Positions 28,702 through 38,529 of a stretch of DNA of 64,000 nt are shown here, one piece after another; the first letter of the stretch is position 1, and every line of letters begins with the position of its first letter. The notes under the pieces are model-generated. The model was not told the DNA's origin. It searched no databases and saw only the letters and a list, made by a program, of their open reading frames with translations. The stretch comes from an uncultured candidate division Zixibacteria bacterium (lineage in GTDB: Bacteria > Zixibacteria > MSB-5A5 > GN15 > FEB-12), in contig OY760907.1 of NCBI GenBank assembly GCA_963664195.1, positions 1,952,001-2,016,000 of the forward strand. Direction: 5' to 3'. A program made the position numbers and the translations under genes.

Positions 28702-29331
28702 TTGCCGGTGAAAAAGGACGTAATCCTGAATGAAAAGCAGATCAAGCGCGCCCTGGCCCGTATCGCGCACGAGATCCTTGAACGCAACAGAGGGCCGGAA
28801 TCGATATGCCTCGTTGGAATCCTGACTCGCGGGGCTGATCTCGCCCGACGTATTGCTGACGCCATCGAGGACCTTGAGGGCGTGAAAGTGCCGGTCGGAC
28901 TGATGGATATCAGTCTGTACCGCGACGACGTACACTCCAAACTGGACCAGCCGATTGTCCAGCGCACGGACATTCTGTTCTCGGTCAAGGACAAGAACAT
29001 CATCCTCATTGATGACGTCTTGTTTACCGGCAGAACCATCCGTGCGGCGCTCAACCATATCACTGATTTCGGTCGTCCGCGCACAATCCAGCTGGCCGTG
29101 CTGGTCGACCGCGGACACCGTGAGCTGCCGATCAAAGCCGACTATGTGGGGGCCAACGTCCCGACCCGGCACTCCGACCAGGTCCAGCTCGAAGTCGCCG
29201 AAAAAGAGGGGGTCGATCAGGTCTACGTTGTCAAGGAAGGTGTCAAACCAAAGGTCAAAGCCAAAACCACAGCGAGGAAAAAAACTGCCTCCAAAGCAGG
29301 TTCCACCCGTAAGAAAGGAGGCAGGAAATGA
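28702..29331 (+). CDS. pyrR: Bifunctional pyr operon regulator / uracil phosphoribosyltransferase
   Basis: RIAHEILERN, GI.TRG, DISLYRDD, LIDDVLFTGRTIRAA, LVDRGHRELPIKADYVG; TTG start after GGAGG. Confidence 0.95.
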   Translation: MPVKKDVILNEKQIKRALARIAHEILERNRGPESICLVGILTRGADLARRIADAIEDLEGVKVPVGLMDISLYRDDVHSKLDQPIVQRTDILFSVKDKNIILIDDVLFTGRTIRAALNHITDFGRPRTIQLAVLVDRGHRELPIKADYVGANVPTRHSDQVQLEVAEKEGVDQVYVVKEGVKPKVKAKTTARKKTASKAGSTRKKGGRK

Positions 29332-30263
29332 GCGGTCTCTCCTCACGCCACCTGCTCGGTTTGGAAGGAGTATCCCGGGAAGACATCTCCCTGATTCTGG
29401 ATACCACCGATACCTTCCGTGAAGTACTTGATCGCAGGATAAAAAAGCTGCCGACCCTGCGCGGTATTACCGTGCTGAATCTCTTCTACGAACCGTCCAC
29501 ACGGACCAAAATCTCGTTTGAACTGGCGGAAAAACGGCTCTCGGCCGACACGGTCAGCTTCTCCAAGGCAACTTCGTCAGTGAAGAAGGGGGAGTCGCTT
29601 CGTGACACGGTCCAGAATATCGAGGCTATGAAAATCGATATGGCCGTTGTTCGCCACGGTTCCACCGGTGTTCCATACTACCTGACGCAGTGCATGGACG
29701 CCAACATTATCAACGCCGGCGACGGCGCCCATGAGCACCCGACTCAGGCGCTGCTGGACATGTACACTATCCGCAAGAAGTACGGCAAACTCGACGGTCT
29801 CCGCGTCGTCCTGATCGGTGATGCCGCTCACAGCCGCGTAATCCGCTCCAACATCTGGGGACTCAAGACGATGGGGGCCTCGGTCGCCGTCTGCGGTCCG
29901 ACCACTTTGTTGCCCTATGAGGTTGAGCAGTTTGGCGTCGACGTTTACAGCAATCTTGACGAGGCTCTCGACGGTGCTGACGTGGTCAACGTGATGCGCA
30001 TTCAGCTGGAGCGTCAGCAGTCTGGAATGTTCCCCTCACGGCGCGAGTACAACAAGCTGTTCGGCGTCAATATGGATCGGCTGAAACGGCTCAATCGCAA
30101 CTACACGATCATGCACCCGGGACCGATGAACCGCGGGCTGGAAATCTCCAGCGAAGTCGCCGATGGCGACAAGTCGGTCATTCTCAGTCAGGTGACCAAC
30201 GGACAAGCGGTTCGAATGGCAGTGTTGTACCTGCTTTCCGGACGGAAAGAGGAAGGGGAATAA
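29328..30263 (+). CDS. pyrB: Aspartate carbamoyltransferase catalytic subunit
   Basis: FYEPSTRT, NAGDG.HEHPTQALLD, RIQLER, MHPGPMNRG. Confidence 0.97.
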   Translation: MSGLSSRHLLGLEGVSREDISLILDTTDTFREVLDRRIKKLPTLRGITVLNLFYEPSTRTKISFELAEKRLSADTVSFSKATSSVKKGESLRDTVQNIEAMKIDMAVVRHGSTGVPYYLTQCMDANIINAGDGAHEHPTQALLDMYTIRKKYGKLDGLRVVLIGDAAHSRVIRSNIWGLKTMGASVAVCGPTTLLPYEVEQFGVDVYSNLDEALDGADVVNVMRIQLERQQSGMFPSRREYNKLFGVNMDRLKRLNRNYTIMHPGPMNRGLEISSEVADGDKSVILSQVTNGQAVRMAVLYLLSGRKEEGE

Positions 30264-30264
30264 G

Positions 30265-31578
30265 ATGGCCAGCAAGAAATACGATTTAGTAATAAAGAAC
30301 GGGCGAGTCATTGACCCTGCACTGGGATTCGGCAAAGACGCTCACCTGTTTATCAAGGACGGTAAGATTGCCGGGATTGAAACCGATTCTCCGGCCGTCG
30401 AGCGCACACTTGGCAGTTTTGACGAAGATCAGATTGTCGACGCCAAGGGTAAACTGGTTGTGCCGGGACTGATTGATGTCCACGTGCATCTTCGCGAACC
30501 CGGGCAGGAAAACGCCGAAACAGTTAAGTCCGGCTGTCAGGCCGCGGCCGCAGGCGGTTTTACAGCCGTGTGCTGTATGCCCAACACCGAACCGCGCATT
30601 GACAACCAGGAAACGGTGAAGTTCGTGCAGGATCGAGCCAAGAACGCCGATGCCCGCGTATATGTGGTCGGCGCGATCACCAAGAACACAGAGGGCAACG
30701 AACTCGCCGAAATCGGCGATCTGGTCGAAATGGGCGCGGTGGCCATTTCCGATGACGGCAACTACGTGCAGAATCCCCAGATCATGCGTCGCGCGCTCGA
30801 ATACTCAAAGATGTTCAACATCCCGGTGGCACAACATGCCGAGGACAATTTCCTTTGCGCCGGTGGCATTATGAATGAGTCCTTCCAGTCCAGCCGCCTG
30901 GGCATTAAGGGGCGCCCGCCTGTTGCCGAGGAAATCGCGGTGCTCAGGGATATCGCCCTCTGCCGTGTGACCGGTGCCCGCCTGCATATTCAGCACATCT
31001 CCACACGCCGAGCAGTCGAGGCGGTTCGTCAGGCCAAACGAGATGGCATAAACGTAACCACCGAGGCCACTCCCCAGCATTTTGTGCTCACCGATGATTT
31101 GATCGGTAAGGAGTTTGACACCAACCTTCGTGTCAATCCGCCGATTCGAAGCGCCGATGACCGCGATGCCGTTATCGAGGGGCTGGTGGATGGAACAATC
31201 GACTGTATTGCCTCCGATCACGCTCCGCATCCGACCGAGGACAAAGACGGTGAGTTCGATCTCGCTCCGTCGGGTATGATCGGCCTGGAGACCACGCTCG
31301 GTCTGGTCAAGACTTACTTGATCGACAAGGGGTACATGCAATGGGCGGATGCAATCCGCAAGATGACTCAGAACCCGGCCCGCATTTTCAACCTGCAGGG
31401 TGGGACGCTAGCCGTCGGAACAGTGGCGGATATTGCCATCATCGATCCGGACAAGAAATGGACGGTGAATGCCAACAAGTTCCTGTCTCGTTCAAAGAAT
31501 TCACCGTTCATCGGCTACCGTCTGTCAGGTAAGGCTGTCAAGACTCTGGTTGGTGGTCGGATCGTGTTTGGAGGTTGA
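30265..31578 (+). CDS. pyrC: Dihydroorotase (type I)
   Basis: PGLIDVHVHLREPG, MPNT.P, VNPPIR, IASDHAPH, SKNSPF. Confidence 0.95.
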   Translation: MASKKYDLVIKNGRVIDPALGFGKDAHLFIKDGKIAGIETDSPAVERTLGSFDEDQIVDAKGKLVVPGLIDVHVHLREPGQENAETVKSGCQAAAAGGFTAVCCMPNTEPRIDNQETVKFVQDRAKNADARVYVVGAITKNTEGNELAEIGDLVEMGAVAISDDGNYVQNPQIMRRALEYSKMFNIPVAQHAEDNFLCAGGIMNESFQSSRLGIKGRPPVAEEIAVLRDIALCRVTGARLHIQHISTRRAVEAVRQAKRDGINVTTEATPQHFVLTDDLIGKEFDTNLRVNPPIRSADDRDAVIEGLVDGTIDCIASDHAPHPTEDKDGEFDLAPSGMIGLETTLGLVKTYLIDKGYMQWADAIRKMTQNPARIFNLQGGTLAVGTVADIAIIDPDKKWTVNANKFLSRSKNSPFIGYRLSGKAVKTLVGGRIVFGG

Positions 31579-31584
31579 TGCCGG

Positions 31585-32244
31585 ATGAAGATTCACCTCG
31601 TACAGAAACGGATCGACAACACCAACCTGACGCCCTTCCTTGAGGGTGCCAAAGCTGCCGGCGCGGACTTGATCTGTTTCGGTGAGATGGCAACCACCGG
31701 TTGTATCTATGAACCGAGAGAGGTTGAGAGCCTCGATGTAGTACTCGATCAGTTGAAACCTTACGACTTCGCAGTCATGGTCGGGATGCCGTATATCACC
31801 GAACAGGGTGCGTACAACAGCTATCTGTACTGTCACAACGGGGAACACAAGTTGTATCATAAGATCAACTTGTTCCCACCGTTTGGTGAGCCGCAGTTGT
31901 TCCTGCCGGGAACCGAACCCGGAATCTGGGAGACGGACCTCGGCAAGATTGGTGTGGCGATATGCTACGACATTCGATTCGGGCAGGTGTTTGAGGATCT
32001 GAAACGGCTGGGAGCCGAGAAGATTTTCATTCCTGCGGCGTTTCCCCGCGAGAGGATCGGCGAATGGCGTGACATGCTGATCGCTCGCGCGAAGGAAGTC
32101 AAGCTTCCCGTGGTGGGGATCAATTCGGTCGGCAACGACGGTCACCACGAGTTTGGCGGCTGTTCGATGGTTGTTGCGCCCGATGGTTCCATTTTGGCCG
32201 AGGCGGACGAGACTTCAGAGAAAGTGCTTGAACTTATACCATAG
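31585..32244 (+). CDS. Carbon-nitrogen hydrolase (nitrilase superfamily)
   Basis: E-K-C triad: LICFGEM, YHKINLF, ICYDIRF; GCSMVVAPDG. Confidence 0.88.
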   Translation: MKIHLVQKRIDNTNLTPFLEGAKAAGADLICFGEMATTGCIYEPREVESLDVVLDQLKPYDFAVMVGMPYITEQGAYNSYLYCHNGEHKLYHKINLFPPFGEPQLFLPGTEPGIWETDLGKIGVAICYDIRFGQVFEDLKRLGAEKIFIPAAFPRERIGEWRDMLIARAKEVKLPVVGINSVGNDGHHEFGGCSMVVAPDGSILAEADETSEKVLELIP

Positions 32245-32262
32245 CTGTACACTGGAAGTGCT

Positions 32263-32298
32263 GACGCCGGACCCCCAGCGGGTTCGGCGTCTTTTGTT
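32263..32298 (+). terminator. Intrinsic terminator ending the pyr operon
   Basis: GACGCCGGACCC-CCAGC-GGGTTCGGCGTC then TTTTGTT. Confidence 0.75.
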
Positions 32299-32418
32299 GA
32301 TAGCGGCAACATCCGATTGAATGCGTGGAGAGTATAAAAGAGGTTGAGATTTTGTCTGATAGGTATATCCTGTAGAGATGACCACGCCCTGTAACTCGAA
32401 CGTTCCTCCGATGCGCCG

Positions 32419-33339
32419 ATGAAAAAGCTGCTATCCTATAGCCTGAAAATCGGACTGACTCTGATCGTCCTGTATTTCGTCGGCCGACAGGTCGTGCAGC
32501 ACTGGGAACAGGTTGAACAGGCTGATTGGCAATTCGACTGGTTGTATCTCATCCTGTCGCTCGTTTGTGCGCACATAGGCCTCTTCATTTTTGCCGCCAG
32601 TTGGGGGGTAGTCGCCAGAGCGTTCGGTCATGCAATAGCGGCACCAATGTCCTACAAGATATTCAACCTGTCGAATCTCGGGCGCTATGTCCCGGGCAAG
32701 GTCTGGCAGGTGTTTGGTATGATCTACCTCGCTAAGAAGGCGGGCATGCCGGGGGAAAGGGCGGCAGCGTCGTTTGTGATCGTGCAGCCGTTTGCAATTG
32801 CTGCAAGTCTGTTGGTGTACTTCCTGACCGTACAGGTGGAGTCGAGTCTGTTGATTGACAACTTCTCATTTGCCGGTCAGGGGACGGCCTATTTGCTGGG
32901 TGGATTGTGCGCGCTCGGGTGTGCCGTGCTGGTGCTGTTCCCGGAGCCGTTTCTGCGGCTAATGAACTACGTTCTCAAGCGTATGGGGCGCGAAACCGCA
33001 AGCTTCGATCTCAAGAAATCGGTTGCCCTGCTTGTGTTTATGGGTTATTTTTGCGGTTGGATTTTCTCCGGACTGGCCTACTGGTTGCTGCTCAAATCGG
33101 TTCTGGGGAGCGGTGCACCTTCGGCGATTGCGTCGATTGGCTTGTACAATATCGCGTACCAGATCGGCTATCTGGCCGTGTTTGCGCCGGGTGGTTTCGG
33201 CCCCCGCGAATTGGTCATGGGTGAGTTGCTCAAGCCGTTTGTCGGCCCCATAGGACCGGCAGTCGCCGTTCTTGCAAGGCTCTGGTCGGTGCTGGTAGAT
33301 GCCACAGCGGCGACAATTGCGCTGTGTATTAAGAAATAG
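32419..33339 (+). CDS. Flippase-like membrane protein (LPG synthase TM / UPF0104 family)
   Basis: Multi-TM; SNLGRYVPGKVW and FAPGGFGPRE motifs. Confidence 0.82.
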   Translation: MKKLLSYSLKIGLTLIVLYFVGRQVVQHWEQVEQADWQFDWLYLILSLVCAHIGLFIFAASWGVVARAFGHAIAAPMSYKIFNLSNLGRYVPGKVWQVFGMIYLAKKAGMPGERAAASFVIVQPFAIAASLLVYFLTVQVESSLLIDNFSFAGQGTAYLLGGLCALGCAVLVLFPEPFLRLMNYVLKRMGRETASFDLKKSVALLVFMGYFCGWIFSGLAYWLLLKSVLGSGAPSAIASIGLYNIAYQIGYLAVFAPGGFGPRELVMGELLKPFVGPIGPAVAVLARLWSVLVDATAATIALCIKK

Positions 33340-33361
33340 TCCGAAACCTTCTGGAGTCATT

Positions 33362-35830
33362 TTGGCCAAGAATAGCCGACCTGCCACAGCTCGCAAGAGT
33401 TCACGTTTTGATATCGAATCCAACCGCTGGCTGGTGCCGATCGTCTTCCTCTTCATGTTTTTGGCCCTTGTTGTCCTGTTCAGCGATTTCATCTTCTCCG
33501 ACCAGATGCTGCGAGGATCGGACACGCTTCAGACTGGCTACATGTTTCGGCAGTTCTACGTTGACTATTTCAACGCACACGGTGCGGTCCCACAATGGAT
33601 TCCATACTATTTCGGAGGTATGCCGTACGTCGAAGCATTCCACGGCGACATATTCTATCCGCTGACATTCCTCAAATTCTTTGGTTCGCTCGAACGGATG
33701 CTTGGTTGGTTCCTGTTCTTCCATATCTTCCTGGCCGGCATCTGCATGTATTTCTGTGCCCGCCAGTTCAAGATGTCGAAAATCCCCGCTCTGGTCGCCG
33801 GGGCGGGATACATGTTCGCAGCCTATCTCGTCTCCATGGCAGCCCCCGGCCACGACGGCAAGATGTACGTCACGGCGCTTTTCCCGCTCATGATGCTCTT
33901 CCTCGACAGGGGCTTCGAGAGGAAACCGTTCCTCAATTTCTCGATCCTCGGCGGCGTGATCGGTCTCATCCTGCTGACTCCACACCCGCAAATGTCGTAT
34001 TTCTCGCTATGGGCACTTTCACTCTATTCCGCGTTCAAGCTCATTGTGTTGCTGAGAGAGAAGAAGTCGATTGTCCCGCTGATTCTTCCGGCTTCACTGA
34101 CAACCTACGCGGTTGTGATCGGTCTGCTGATTTCAGCGATTCAGTTCTACCCCGGTTACATGTACACGACCAACGACGGCCCCCGATCTGAATCCAAACG
34201 CGGCTGGGAGTGGGCAACCTCATGGTCATTGCACGAGGAAGAGGTCGCCAGCCTGATTATCCCCGAGTTCGCCGGGACAACCTCGCATACGGCCGAGACC
34301 TACTATTGGGGCAAAAACGTTTTCAAGGACAACGCTGAGACGGTTGCGCCAGTAGTCTTTTTTGCGGCTCTGCTGGGATTCTTGTTCTACCGTCGTAAGG
34401 AATCATACTTTTTTGCCGGTCTGGCGTTGCTGGCGCTCATATACGGACTGGGGGCGACCACGCCCATATTCAAGCTGTTCTTTCTTCTGATACCCAACGT
34501 GGCGTCGATGCGGGCGCCCTCGATGATTATGTTCTTGTTCTCCTTCTCAGCCGCGATGCTGGCTGCGATGGGACTTCAGTGGGTGATCAATCAACGCAAG
34601 GCACAGCCGACGACTATCGACAAGAAATTTACGTACGTGCTGTTTGGCTGGCCGGCGCTTATGCTCTTGTTGGCAGTTCTGTTTTCTGTGGCCGGTAAGG
34701 GCATGCTTGACGCCTGGTGTTCGATCTTCTACAGCGACGCTCCGACTACCATGATCCAGCAGAACTTCAGCAAACTCGATCTGGCGTACATGAACCTTCC
34801 GGCGATCAAAGCCGGTGCCTGGCTGACCTTCTTGTTTACTGCTGTTGCTGCAGCTTGTATTTGGCTGTATCGAACCGGCAAGGCCGGCGTGACCGTTTTG
34901 CTGGCTATCGTAGTCATAGTCGCCGTCAACGGTGTCAGATTCGATGGTCGTTTCCTCAGTCTCGTAGACAGCCGGGAATTCCAGAGCCGTTTCGGCGACA
35001 GTCCGGTGGCGGACTATTTCCTCGAACGCGGCGAGAAGTTTCGGGTGTTGGACCTGACTGCGGTCAACGACAACTCTCTGGCACACCGGGGGGTCGACGT
35101 TGTCGTCGGATACCACGGTAACCAGCTCAAGACCTACGATGTCCTTCTCGGCGGCAAGGAACTGACCAACGTCTATCGTATGAATCCCCGCATGCTGAAC
35201 CTGGTCGGCGCGAAGTACATCCTGTTCCCGGCGGGACGCGGTATGCCACCGGACTATTTCGGTGAGAAACCGTTTACGGCAGTCGCGAATATCGGACAGA
35301 AGTCTTTGTTCAGGAACGACAACGCTCTGCCACGCGTGTTCCTCGTCGATCAGTGCCGCAAGTTCGATTCGGACTCCGCAGTGGTGAACGAAATCCTTAA
35401 CGGCAGTTCGGACATGCGACATATCGCTTACCTGACTGAGAATCCCACGATGGAGCTTCAGCCCGACTCCGCAATGTCCGACACTGCCTGGATCGCCAAC
35501 TACGATATTGATTCCGTCCGTGTCGGCGTGAACGTGACCGGCAACAAGATTCTTGTCCTGACCGACAATTACTACCAGGCCTGGCAAGTGAAGGTTGATG
35601 GCGTTCCGGCGAAATTGCTTCGCGTGTACAACACGTTCCGCGGAGTCGAAGTCCCCGCCGGCACGCGAGAGGTGACATTTGAATATCACTCGCAGCGGTA
35701 CACCACTGCCCGGACCGTGACTTGGGTGACCGTCCTCTATTTGCTGGGCATTCTCGGTTACCAGTTCATGGGAGATCGCCGAAGGAAACGAAACGACGAA
35801 CAGACCAAAGAGAAAGAGACCCAGGAGTGA
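33362..35830 (+). CDS. YfhO-family multi-pass membrane protein (putative GT-C glycosyltransferase)
   Basis: PQWIPY.FGGMP, many TMs, HPQMSY, MRAP, N..ALPRVF, VLTDNYYQAW..KVDG...FRGVEVPAG; TTG start. Confidence 0.82.
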   Translation: MAKNSRPATARKSSRFDIESNRWLVPIVFLFMFLALVVLFSDFIFSDQMLRGSDTLQTGYMFRQFYVDYFNAHGAVPQWIPYYFGGMPYVEAFHGDIFYPLTFLKFFGSLERMLGWFLFFHIFLAGICMYFCARQFKMSKIPALVAGAGYMFAAYLVSMAAPGHDGKMYVTALFPLMMLFLDRGFERKPFLNFSILGGVIGLILLTPHPQMSYFSLWALSLYSAFKLIVLLREKKSIVPLILPASLTTYAVVIGLLISAIQFYPGYMYTTNDGPRSESKRGWEWATSWSLHEEEVASLIIPEFAGTTSHTAETYYWGKNVFKDNAETVAPVVFFAALLGFLFYRRKESYFFAGLALLALIYGLGATTPIFKLFFLLIPNVASMRAPSMIMFLFSFSAAMLAAMGLQWVINQRKAQPTTIDKKFTYVLFGWPALMLLLAVLFSVAGKGMLDAWCSIFYSDAPTTMIQQNFSKLDLAYMNLPAIKAGAWLTFLFTAVAAACIWLYRTGKAGVTVLLAIVVIVAVNGVRFDGRFLSLVDSREFQSRFGDSPVADYFLERGEKFRVLDLTAVNDNSLAHRGVDVVVGYHGNQLKTYDVLLGGKELTNVYRMNPRMLNLVGAKYILFPAGRGMPPDYFGEKPFTAVANIGQKSLFRNDNALPRVFLVDQCRKFDSDSAVVNEILNGSSDMRHIAYLTENPTMELQPDSAMSDTAWIANYDIDSVRVGVNVTGNKILVLTDNYYQAWQVKVDGVPAKLLRVYNTFRGVEVPAGTREVTFEYHSQRYTTARTVTWVTVLYLLGILGYQFMGDRRRKRNDEQTKEKETQE

Positions 35831-36555
35831 CCCAGGCCCAACGAGCACTTATCATATTTCCGACGTACAACGAGAAGGACAACATCCAGAAAATCGTACA
35901 CGCTGTCCTCCCGCTCGATTTGCGCATTAACGTGTTGATCGTCGATGACAATTCTCCCGACGGAACCGGCGATCTTGCCGACCGGTTGTCCTCCGGACAC
36001 GACCGGGTACACGTGATGCATCGAGAGAAGAAGGAGGGCCTGGGCAAAGCATACCTGGCCGGATTTCGATGGGCTATCGAGCACAAGTACGATTTTATCA
36101 TGGAAATGGATGCCGACTTTTCCCACGGTCCCGAGTATATCAAGGACTTTCTTCGAGAGATACAAAACAATGATCTGGTGATCGGCTCACGGTATATTTC
36201 AGGCGTGAATGTAATCAACTGGCCGATGTCCCGTCTGCTGCTCTCATACTATGCCAATGTCTACACACGGGTTGTCACCGGCCTCCCGCTTAGAGATGGC
36301 ACCGGCGGATTCAAGTGTTTTCGCCGCGAGGTGCTCGAAGCGATCAATCTCGATGATGTCCAGTCGTCCGGCTACTCCTTTCAGATTGAGATGTCCATGC
36401 GGGTGTGGAAAAAGGGCTTCAGAATCAAGGAGATTCCGATCATTTTCGTCGACCGTGTTGCCGGATCATCCAAGATGTCAAAGAAGATCATGCGGGAAGC
36501 GATCTGGATGGTCTGGGCGCTGAGACTCAAAGCAATGTTCGGTAGGCTGAGTTAG
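35827..36555 (+). CDS. Polyprenol monophosphomannose synthase (GT2, Ppm1/Dpm1-like)
   Basis: PTYNEKDNI, VDDNSPDGT, GLGKAY.AGF, MDADFSH, IGSRY, GYSFQIE, EIPIIFVDR..G.SKMS. Confidence 0.9.
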   Translation: MTQAQRALIIFPTYNEKDNIQKIVHAVLPLDLRINVLIVDDNSPDGTGDLADRLSSGHDRVHVMHREKKEGLGKAYLAGFRWAIEHKYDFIMEMDADFSHGPEYIKDFLREIQNNDLVIGSRYISGVNVINWPMSRLLLSYYANVYTRVVTGLPLRDGTGGFKCFRREVLEAINLDDVQSSGYSFQIEMSMRVWKKGFRIKEIPIIFVDRVAGSSKMSKKIMREAIWMVWALRLKAMFGRLS

Positions 36556-36569
36556 GTCAGGTCTGACGG

Positions 36570-37424
36570 GTGACTTCACCTGAACCACAAGTATCGATAG
36601 TAGTCGTTACGCATAATTCGCTGCCGGCCCTGACATTGTGTCTGGATTCGCTGGTGGAAGAAATGCTCTCAATCCCCTGCGAATTGATCGTTGTCGACAA
36701 CGCCTCAGAGGATGCCTCGCGTGAAGAGGTTGCCAAACGATTTCCCCGGGCAAACATAATAGCCAACGATTCCAATCTTGGCTTCGCCGCTGCCTGCAAT
36801 CTGGGGGCGAAAGAAGCTAACACCGAATATCTGCTGTTTCTCAATCCCGATGTCCAGATTGATCCGGGTGCAGTTGGGAAGCTAAGAAAAGTGTTCGATT
36901 CCCGGCGCGATGTCGGACTGGTCGCCGGGCGGATGCGGCATCCGGACGGACGGTTTCAGGCTACCTGTCGACGGTTCCCTACCGCCGGTAACATGCTGTT
37001 CTCGCGAGGTTCGGTGTTGTCACGTCTGTTTGACAGGGAAGGGACATACACGCTGGCGGATCATGCCGAGACGACCGAGGTCCCGGCCGTGGCGGCCACA
37101 ATGCTGCTGATGAAGCGCAAGTTGTTCGAAGACGCAGGTGGCTTCGACACACGGTTTTTCATGTATATGGAAGATACGGATCTCTCGCTGAGAGTGACTC
37201 AGACAGGCTACGTGAACTTCTTTGTCCCGTCGGCGGGGGGAATCCATGTGTGGGGGCAGGGGAGCAAGGCGGGTAAAGCCGCGCGACGCTGGCAGCATCA
37301 TTGGTCGGTCTGGAAGTATTTTCTGAAGCACTCACCAAACGGATTTTCTTTGTTGGTTCTGCCGGCATTGCTTCTGGTGAACCTTCTGCTATCAACACTC
37401 TTTCAGCGCTCAGGGGAGGAGTAG
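36570..37424 (+). CDS. Glycosyltransferase family 2 (rhamnosyltransferase-like)
   Basis: VSIVVVTHNS, VVDNAS, NLGFAAACN.G, FLNPD, GFD.RFFMY.EDTD. Confidence 0.9.
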   Translation: MTSPEPQVSIVVVTHNSLPALTLCLDSLVEEMLSIPCELIVVDNASEDASREEVAKRFPRANIIANDSNLGFAAACNLGAKEANTEYLLFLNPDVQIDPGAVGKLRKVFDSRRDVGLVAGRMRHPDGRFQATCRRFPTAGNMLFSRGSVLSRLFDREGTYTLADHAETTEVPAVAATMLLMKRKLFEDAGGFDTRFFMYMEDTDLSLRVTQTGYVNFFVPSAGGIHVWGQGSKAGKAARRWQHHWSVWKYFLKHSPNGFSLLVLPALLLVNLLLSTLFQRSGEE

Positions 37425-37429
37425 CCGGT

Positions 37430-38503
37430 ATGTTTGCCGAGTTTGCTCTTGTCCCTCTTCTGGCCAGTGTGCTGCTGACCCTCATTATCGTCAGGCCGGC
37501 GCTCCGTCTTGCCGGGCGACTGGATCTGATTGACAAACCTGGTTTGCATAAACGCCACAAACATCCGGTACCTGTTGTCGGAGGTCTGGTTCTGTTTGCG
37601 GCTGTGTGGGGAGCAGTAGGACTTACCTGGCTCATATTCCCCTCACTTGTCAGCGACATGGCGGAATCGCTTCGGTACATCTTCGCCGGAGCGCTTATCA
37701 TATTCCTTGTCGGGCTGTCAGACGACTTGTCGGCGCTTTCAGCTGCCGTGAAGCTCGTAGCTCAAGTGGCAGCCGGGCTGGTGCTCTTTCTCGGCGGGCT
37801 GGAGATCAACCCTGTTTCGATACCCTTTATGGGGGCGTATGACATCGGCTGGGCGTCAGCGCTGATAACAATCGTTTGGGTTGTCGGCTTAACCAACGCA
37901 ATCAACCTGATCGACGGTCTCGACGGCCTTGCCGCCGGAGTCTCACTGATAGCTGCAATAACGATGGTATTGATCGGCAACTTGTACGCGGCGGGCGACG
38001 TGATGTTGTTTGCGTACATCCTGATCGGCTTTCTGGCGGTGTTCTTGTTCTACAATCACTATCCGGCGAAGGCGTTCTTAGGGGACTCCGGATCACTTCA
38101 GATCGGCTTCTACTTCGCGGTAATATCGCTGCTTGTGCCGCTCAAGTCCTTCACCACAGCGGCGTTGTATCTGCCGTTACTGGCTCTGGGCGTGCCGCTT
38201 CTGGAGACGACAATCTCAATAACGCGTCGTTTTATGGCCGGAAAACCGATCATGAAGGCCGACCGTCGACACCTCTTCCATTACCTGGCCCTCGCCGGTC
38301 TGTCGCCCCGGACAATCGTGACAATTTTCTACATTCTGTCAGTTTTCTTCGGTCTTTTCGCGCTCGCCATGTATTACTGGGACCGTCTGTTGGTGTTCGG
38401 CCTGCTGATCCTTTTTATGGTTGTTATTTTCACGTTATTCTTTATCTTTATGGCCGGTTTGAATCGGCCGGGCAGACGCCCACATGGGTACGACGGTAAA
38501 TAG
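37430..38503 (+). CDS. Undecaprenyl-phosphate alpha-N-acetylglucosaminyl 1-phosphate transferase (WecA/MraY family)
   Basis: KRHKHPVP.VGG, GLSDD, NAINLIDGLDGL, FLGDSGS, ADRRHLFH. Confidence 0.9.
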   Translation: MFAEFALVPLLASVLLTLIIVRPALRLAGRLDLIDKPGLHKRHKHPVPVVGGLVLFAAVWGAVGLTWLIFPSLVSDMAESLRYIFAGALIIFLVGLSDDLSALSAAVKLVAQVAAGLVLFLGGLEINPVSIPFMGAYDIGWASALITIVWVVGLTNAINLIDGLDGLAAGVSLIAAITMVLIGNLYAAGDVMLFAYILIGFLAVFLFYNHYPAKAFLGDSGSLQIGFYFAVISLLVPLKSFTTAALYLPLLALGVPLLETTISITRRFMAGKPIMKADRRHLFHYLALAGLSPRTIVTIFYILSVFFGLFALAMYYWDRLLVFGLLILFMVVIFTLFFIFMAGLNRPGRRPHGYDGK

Positions 38504-38529
38504 CTGATTGAGAATGGATTGCCTTTCGT

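Noticed and set aside
34547..35848. 433-aa minus-strand ORF
   Set aside because: Antisense shadow of the YfhO-like gene.
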